Part shown: positions 40,539-45,715 of the stretch, in pieces
Numbering within the stretch: position 1 is the first letter of the stretch
Layout of the letters: the number at the start of each line of letters is the position of its first letter
Virus record (IMG/VR): IMGVR_UViG_2061766007_004262
Reading direction: 5' to 3' (one strand)
Length of the DNA stretch: 45,715 nt
Source of the DNA: an uncultured virus (IMG/VR IMGVR_UViG_2061766007_004262)
Lineage: Duplodnaviria; Heunggongvirae; Uroviricota; Caudoviricetes
Translations under genes and position numbers: made by a program
Notes under the pieces: generated by a model
Database searches by the model: none
Seen by the model: only the letters and a program-made list of their open reading frames with translations
Told to the model about the DNA's origin: nothing

Positions 40539-41084
40539 ATGAAAATCCAGATTCGCTACGACAACCACCTCACTACCATCGACGTTCCAGAGGAAGATTT
40601 CACCCTCATGATCCAGCTGGATTACGAACAGCGTCTGGCTGATTCCAAAGACCCTGCGTCCGTGAAGCCGCGATCCCCGCAGGAGATCATGGATGAACGC
40701 TTCAATAGGCCGGACTACAACAACTGGCACAGACATTGGCGGCACACTGATGGCAAGCCTGTGCCAAAGATTCGAGGCACACGACTGCCGCTAGTTGATG
40801 ATGCAGACGAGCGCGAGGAAGAACATCACTTCACAATGGACGAATTCCCTGATACTGCCGCGATAGAAAAACAGAAACGGAATGAAAAGGATCTCGAAAT
40901 ACGATCATGGATTCAGAGAAAACTAAAACCTGACTATGCAGAAATGCTGATTGCCATTCATGTTGATGGTATGTCTGTCAACGACTATGCCGCAAGAATT
41001 CGTGATAACCCGAACAATGTGAGCCACCGGCTGAAGCGCGCTGAAAAAAATTTGAGAGAAATTTGGAGAAAACGTCCGATTTGA
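40539..41084 (+). CDS. Sigma-70 region 4-like regulator of phage-like elements
   Basis: N-terminal MKIQIRYDN. C-terminal LKPDYAEMLIAIHVDGMSVNDYA......NNVSHRLKRAEKNL forms an HTH. Confidence 0.7.
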   Translation: MKIQIRYDNHLTTIDVPEEDFTLMIQLDYEQRLADSKDPASVKPRSPQEIMDERFNRPDYNNWHRHWRHTDGKPVPKIRGTRLPLVDDADEREEEHHFTMDEFPDTAAIEKQKRNEKDLEIRSWIQRKLKPDYAEMLIAIHVDGMSVNDYAARIRDNPNNVSHRLKRAEKNLREIWRKRPI

Positions 41085-41621
41085 CTCATCGCCAAGGCTA
41101 CCCAATGGATACACGGAAAAACAAAGACTTATCTGCTCCACCGTTGTGTTCTGAATGTTGAGTGGCAGTCTGCCGCAGAAAAGTGTGTGGATCATATTAA
41201 TGGAAACAAACTGGATAACAGGAAGGCAAATCTCCGGATTGTCAGTTACGCACAAAACGCAGCAAACAGGCACGCGGTTTTAACATCAACAGAGAGACTT
41301 CACGTATCAAAATCCGGGCAAGCATACATTGCCCGACTTAGAATAGATGGAGTGCCCATTTATATCGGGTCCTTTTCCAACCCTGAAAAAGCGGAACATG
41401 CTGTTAAACGTTATATTGAAACAAGCCAATTTCCTTATGAGAAACGCAAAACACGGAAGGTGCGGCAGAAATCGATGTCAGGTGAAGTGATCGCTACATA
41501 TGCTTCCTGCATGGAGGCATCAAAACATACTGGCATATGCGCAGAGAATATTTGCCGGGTTGCTAACCATGACCGTCAGCGAAAACAAGCTGGCGGTTTT
41601 CTTTGGGAAGATGCAAATTAG
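41085..41621 (+). CDS. HNH endonuclease with AP2-like and NUMOD1-like C-terminal domains, probably 5'-truncated
   Basis: LLHR...VDHINGNKLDNRKANLR...N..N, YIGSF...EKA, and S..EASKHTG...NI.RV......QAGGFLW. The frame continues directly from the TGA of the sigma-like gene. Confidence 0.7.
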   Translation, partial: LIAKATQWIHGKTKTYLLHRCVLNVEWQSAAEKCVDHINGNKLDNRKANLRIVSYAQNAANRHAVLTSTERLHVSKSGQAYIARLRIDGVPIYIGSFSNPEKAEHAVKRYIETSQFPYEKRKTRKVRQKSMSGEVIATYASCMEASKHTGICAENICRVANHDRQRKQAGGFLWEDAN

Positions 41622-41630
41622 GAGGTTCGC

Positions 41631-42448
41631 ATGAAAAATCCATTCATCGCATTTTTCCGCGCACGCGACAAGCCCAGAGATGCAGTCAGCGCCGCAACGA
41701 CATTCTCGTTTGGTATTGCTGGATCGGGAAAAAGCGTCAATGCCAGATCGGCTATACAGGTATCAGCAGTTTACGCCTGCGTGCGCGTAATCGCCGAAAC
41801 TGTGGCGTCACTGCCCTTCGCCGTATTCGAGCAGGACAAGGAAGGCAGTCATAAGGCACTGGATCATCCGCTGTACAGGCTTCTCCATGATGAGCCGAAC
41901 CCGGAGATGACGTCCTTTGTCTGGCGCGAGGCTATGCTCACACATCTTTTGCTGTGGGGGAACTCGTATAGTCAGCTGTTGCGGGCAGGGCGCGGGAACA
42001 TCGTGGGCATCTACCCGCTGCTGCCAGACCGCATGGAGGTGGACAGGGACGACAAGGGAAACCTGACGTACACCTATTCCACCACAAGCGGCCAGACGGT
42101 CAAGCTCCGTCCGGAAGACGTGCTTCATATCCCGGGCCTGGGCTTTGACGGCATCATGGGCTACAGCCCCATAGCGGTTGAACGCAATGCCGTGGGCTTG
42201 TCCATAGCGGCGGAGGAATTCGGCAGCAAGTTTTTCTCCAACGGTGCGCGTCCTTCCGGCATCCTGACGCACCCGAATACGGTAAAGAATCCCAAGGCGC
42301 TCAGGGAGAGCTGGGATGCGGCATACGGCGGATCCGGCAATGCCAACCGTGTCGCAGTCATCGAGGAAGGCATGACGTTTACCCCGATCAGTATACCGAA
42401 CAACGAAGCGCAGTTCCTGGAGACGCGGAAGTTCCAGGTGGAGGAGAT
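41631..42448 (+). CDS. HK97-family phage portal protein (truncated by gap)
   Basis: SAVYACVRVIAETVASLP, HPLYRLLHDEPNPEMTSF, LLLWGNSY, VLHIPGLGFDG..GYSPI and AQFLETRKFQ. AGGAGG RBS. Confidence 0.93.
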
Positions 42449-42458
42449 NNNNNNNNNN

Positions 42459-43165
42459 CGCAAAGGCGGCGTGGACGAGATGGTTAAGCTCTACGTGCGC
42501 TTTAACACCGAGGCCAAGGACAATCCCGCGCTCGAGGACGAAGGCCGCGCCTGGTTCAAAAAGATCGAGGACGGCGACGAGGAAGCCCTGAAGATCTTCA
42601 GCTGGTTCAAGGAAGTCACGCTGAAGGACGCCGAGCGCGTGTACGACATGCTGGGCGTAAAGTTCGACTCCTACGCCGGCGAGAGCTTTTACAATGACAA
42701 AATGCAGCCCGTGGTGGACGAGCTGCGCGAAAAGGGCCTTCTGGTGGAAGACGACGGCGCGCAGATCGTAAAGCTGGACGACTACAATATGCCGCCCGCC
42801 ATCATCCTGCGCTCGGACGGCGCCACGCTGTACATGACACGCGACCTGGCGGCGGTAAAGTACCGCCACGAGACCTACGATTTTGCCAAGTGCCTGTATG
42901 TGGTGGCCTACCAGCAGGATCTGCACTTCAAGCAGCTGTTCAAGGTGTGCGAGCTGCTGGGCTGGGACTGGGCCCAGGGCTGCGAGCACGTGAACTTCGG
43001 CATGGTGTCCTACGAGGGACAGGCGCTGTCCACCCGCGAAGGCCATATCGTATACCTGGACGAGCTGCTCACCCAGGCCGTGGAAAAGGCTGCCGAGATC
43101 ATCGAGGAAAAGAGCCCCTCGCTTGAAAACAAGGACCTCGTCGCCCGCCAGATCGGCATCGGCGC
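42459..43165 (+). CDS. argS: Arginyl-tRNA synthetase, internal fragment (variant 1)
   Basis: FDSYAGESFY, RSDGATLYMTRDLAA, YVVAYQQDLHF, HVNFGMV and LSTREG. Confidence 0.9.
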
Positions 43166-43175
43166 NNNNNNNNNN

Positions 43176-44132
43176 AGGAGGCCAAGGAAAACCCCGCGCT
43201 GAACGACGAGGGCCGCGCCTGGTTCAAGAAGATCGAGGACGGCGACCCGGAGGCGCTGGAGATCTTCAACTGGTTCAAGACGTCACGCTGAAGGACGCCG
43301 AGCGCGTCTACGACATGCTGGACGTGAAGTTCGATTCCTACGCCGGCGAGAGCTTCTATGCCGACAAGACGGCCGGCGTGGTGGCGGAGCTGCGGGAAAA
43401 GGGCCTGCTGGTGGAGGACCAGGGCGCGCAGATCGTGGACCTGTCCGATTACGGCATGGCCCCGGCCATCATCATCCGCTCGGACGGCGCCACGCTGTAC
43501 ATGACCCGCGACCTGGCCGCCGTGAAGTACCGCCACGAGACCTATGATTTCGACAAGTGCCTGTATGTGGTGGCCTACCAGCAGGACCTGCACTTCCGCC
43601 AGCTGTTCAAGGTGACGGAGCTGCTGGGCTGGGATTGGGCGAAGGGCTGCGAGCACGTGAACTTCGGCATGGTGTCCTTCGAGGGCGGCGCGCTGTCCAC
43701 CCGCGAGGGCCACGTGGTGTACCTGGACGAGCTGCTGACCCAGGCCGTGGAAAAGGCCCGGGCAATCATCGACGAGAAGAGCCCCGACCTGGAGAACAAG
43801 GACGAGGTGGCCCGGCAGGTGGGCATCGGCGCGGTGGTGTTCTTCGACCTGTACAACAACCGCATCAAGGACATCGACTTCACCTGGGAGCGGGCGCTGA
43901 ACTTCGACGGCGAGACCGGCCCCTACGTGCAGTACACCCACGCCCGAGCGTGCAGCGTGCTGCGCAAGGCCGGGGATATCGACGTCTCCGCCCCGGATTT
44001 CGCCGCGCTGGCCGACCCGTTCAGCCAGGACGTGGTGCGCCTGATCGAGCAGTTCCCCGACATCCTCAAGAGCGCCGTGAACCGCTCCGAGCCCAGCATG
44101 GTCACCCGCTTCTCGGTGGACCTGGCCCAGGC
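43176..44132 (+). CDS. argS: Arginyl-tRNA synthetase, internal fragment (variant 2, apparent 1-nt frameshift near 43280)
   Basis: Same motifs as variant 1, plus FDGETGPYVQYTHARACS. Confidence 0.9.
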
Positions 44133-44142
44133 NNNNNNNNNN

Positions 44143-45715
44143 GTCACCGACGCGGTTTATGTGGCACAGGCCCGCCGTGAGGAAGCCGGGCACGTTGCAG
44201 GCCAGGATCACCGTGCCCGGACAGGCGCTTTCGTATATCGTGCGGTAAAAGTCTGCCATGATCTCGGCGGAGGTGCGGCTCTGGTCAAAAAAGCGCCAGC
44301 CGCCGTCCGTAAGGGTCTCCGGGCGGCGGAAGCCCCAGTCGCCGAACACGTCGAAGCAGGAAAAATCGTGCTTNNNNNNNNNNTAGGTGCTTTCGTATAT
44401 CGTGCGGTAAAAGTCTGCCATGATCTCGGCGGAAGTGCGGCTCTGGTCAAAAAAGCGCCAGCCGCCGTCCGTAAGGGTCTCCGGTCGGCGGAAGCCCCAG
44501 TCGCCGAACACGTCGAAGCAGGAAAAATCGTGCTTGATGAGCCGGTAGCCCCACTCGGCGCTGAGACGCCGCGTGATCCGGCGCACATACTGAAGCACCT
44601 CCGGGTGCGAAGGATCGAGATATTTCGGATTGCGCGAAAGCCGCCACGCAGGCGGCACGTCTTTCATCCTGCTCTCCTCGTCGCTCAGGTACCGCACCCA
44701 TATGCCGGGCACCGCGCCGGCGGACGCGATCTCCCCCGCCAGGGTGCCCATNNNNNNNNNNCCGCTGCGTGACTTCGCGCACATATCGGAGCACCTCCGG
44801 ATGCGAAGGATCGAGGTACTTCGGATTGCGTTTAAGCCGCCACGCAGGCGGCACGTCCTGCATCCTGCCTTCCTCGTCGCTCAGATACCGCACCCAAATG
44901 CCGGGCACCGCGCCGGCGGACGCGATCTCCCCCGCCAGGGTGCCCATGTGGCCGTAATCGGGATTGCCCCTGTCCCAGGGACCCGCGCCGGGGCACTCGC
45001 TCCAGCCGGCGTCTATCACCATGTACGGTCGGGGCATAAGGCCTTCACTCAGGCGGCTGATGAGCCGCGCATCCTCGATGATGCGTGCGCGGCTGCTTTT
45101 CCCGTAGGCGTAATACCAGTTGTTGGAGCCGTACACCGGGAAGTCGGGCAGCAGGGGATCGTCGCACAGCGTGCGGTAAAAGCTTTTCAGGGCGCTGAAG
45201 GCGCTTTGATCGGCATAGTCTTCCATGCGCACCCTGCAGGCCGCCAGCTCCCGCCCGGCCAGCACCACGCCCTCGCCGCCGCTGCGCACGTCCAGGATCA
45301 GCGTGACGCGCCCGGGTTCGTACATCCACGCGGCGACGGCGCCGGGACGCACCTTTACGCCGAAGCATTCCGTGAGGCGGCCCCGCATATCCGGCATGCT
45401 GTCCGTGCCGTTCGAAACGGCAAAGGCCCAGGGCATGCGCCTGTGGGGAATGACGCCGCTCCACTGCAGGTCTCCGTATCCCCGCTCCCAGCAGTCGGAA
45501 AAAACCTTCACGGGCTCAGAGCGCCTTTCGTCCCCGCGCAGGCGCCACACGAGGGTGACCCATTCGACGGGCGTATCCTGCGCGCGCAGATACACGCCCA
45601 GCGCGTCTTGCTCCATCCGGCAGAAGGCGCTCACGTCCCCCTTTTCNNNNNNNNNNCTCGTACATCCACGCGGCGACGGCGCCCGGGCGCACCTTTACGC
45701 CGAAGCATTCCGTGA
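44143..45715 (-). CDS. Alpha-galactosidase-like glycoside hydrolase (GH36/GH27 clan), overlapping variant fragments
   Basis: YGSNNWYY, YMVIDAGW, PGIW, LDPSHPEV, GYRLIKHDFS, ACN and RVGD. Several gap-separated duplicates. Confidence 0.75.

Noticed and set aside
41631..43202. Apparent portal-ArgS fusion ORF
   Set aside because: The fusion is created by translating through a 10-N gap.
42459..44132. True argS duplication or programmed frameshift
   Set aside because: The copies are gap-separated variants, and the indel near a contig edge is more likely an error.

Overview
A gapped, apparently metagenomic scaffold of Clostridia-like (Bacillota) DNA with 15 N-gaps. Many gaps join near-duplicate strain variants, so gene order across gaps is unreliable. 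The left end has a complete IS1182-family element with 18-bp terminal inverted repeats, followed by fragments of a P-type (Ca2+-like) ATPase. A gap-free 29-kb core (5128-34356) carries a phage-type replication module: a DUF2815 SSB and a family A DNA polymerase interrupted by an intein. It also carries a dense defence island: an SMC-like ATPase plus Cap4-like nuclease (Lamassu-like), AIPR, GIY-YIG/DUF4357, a helicase-fused RM gene pair, Shedu-like nuclease plus Stk2-like kinase, Fic, and a type I RM system. The core ends with an ImmA/HTH-regulated DinB cassette. A second, mosaic copy of that cassette follows a gap, then structured 61-bp repeats, a sigma-like gene, an HNH gene, an HK97 portal fragment, and duplicated argS and glycoside hydrolase fragments. 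The most striking feature is the polymerase intein (6783-7709). It has intact splicing motifs but no recognisable in-frame endonuclease. Instead, a zinc-ribbon/HNH-type nuclease is encoded inside it in the overlapping +1 frame, with both frames open for about 890 nt.
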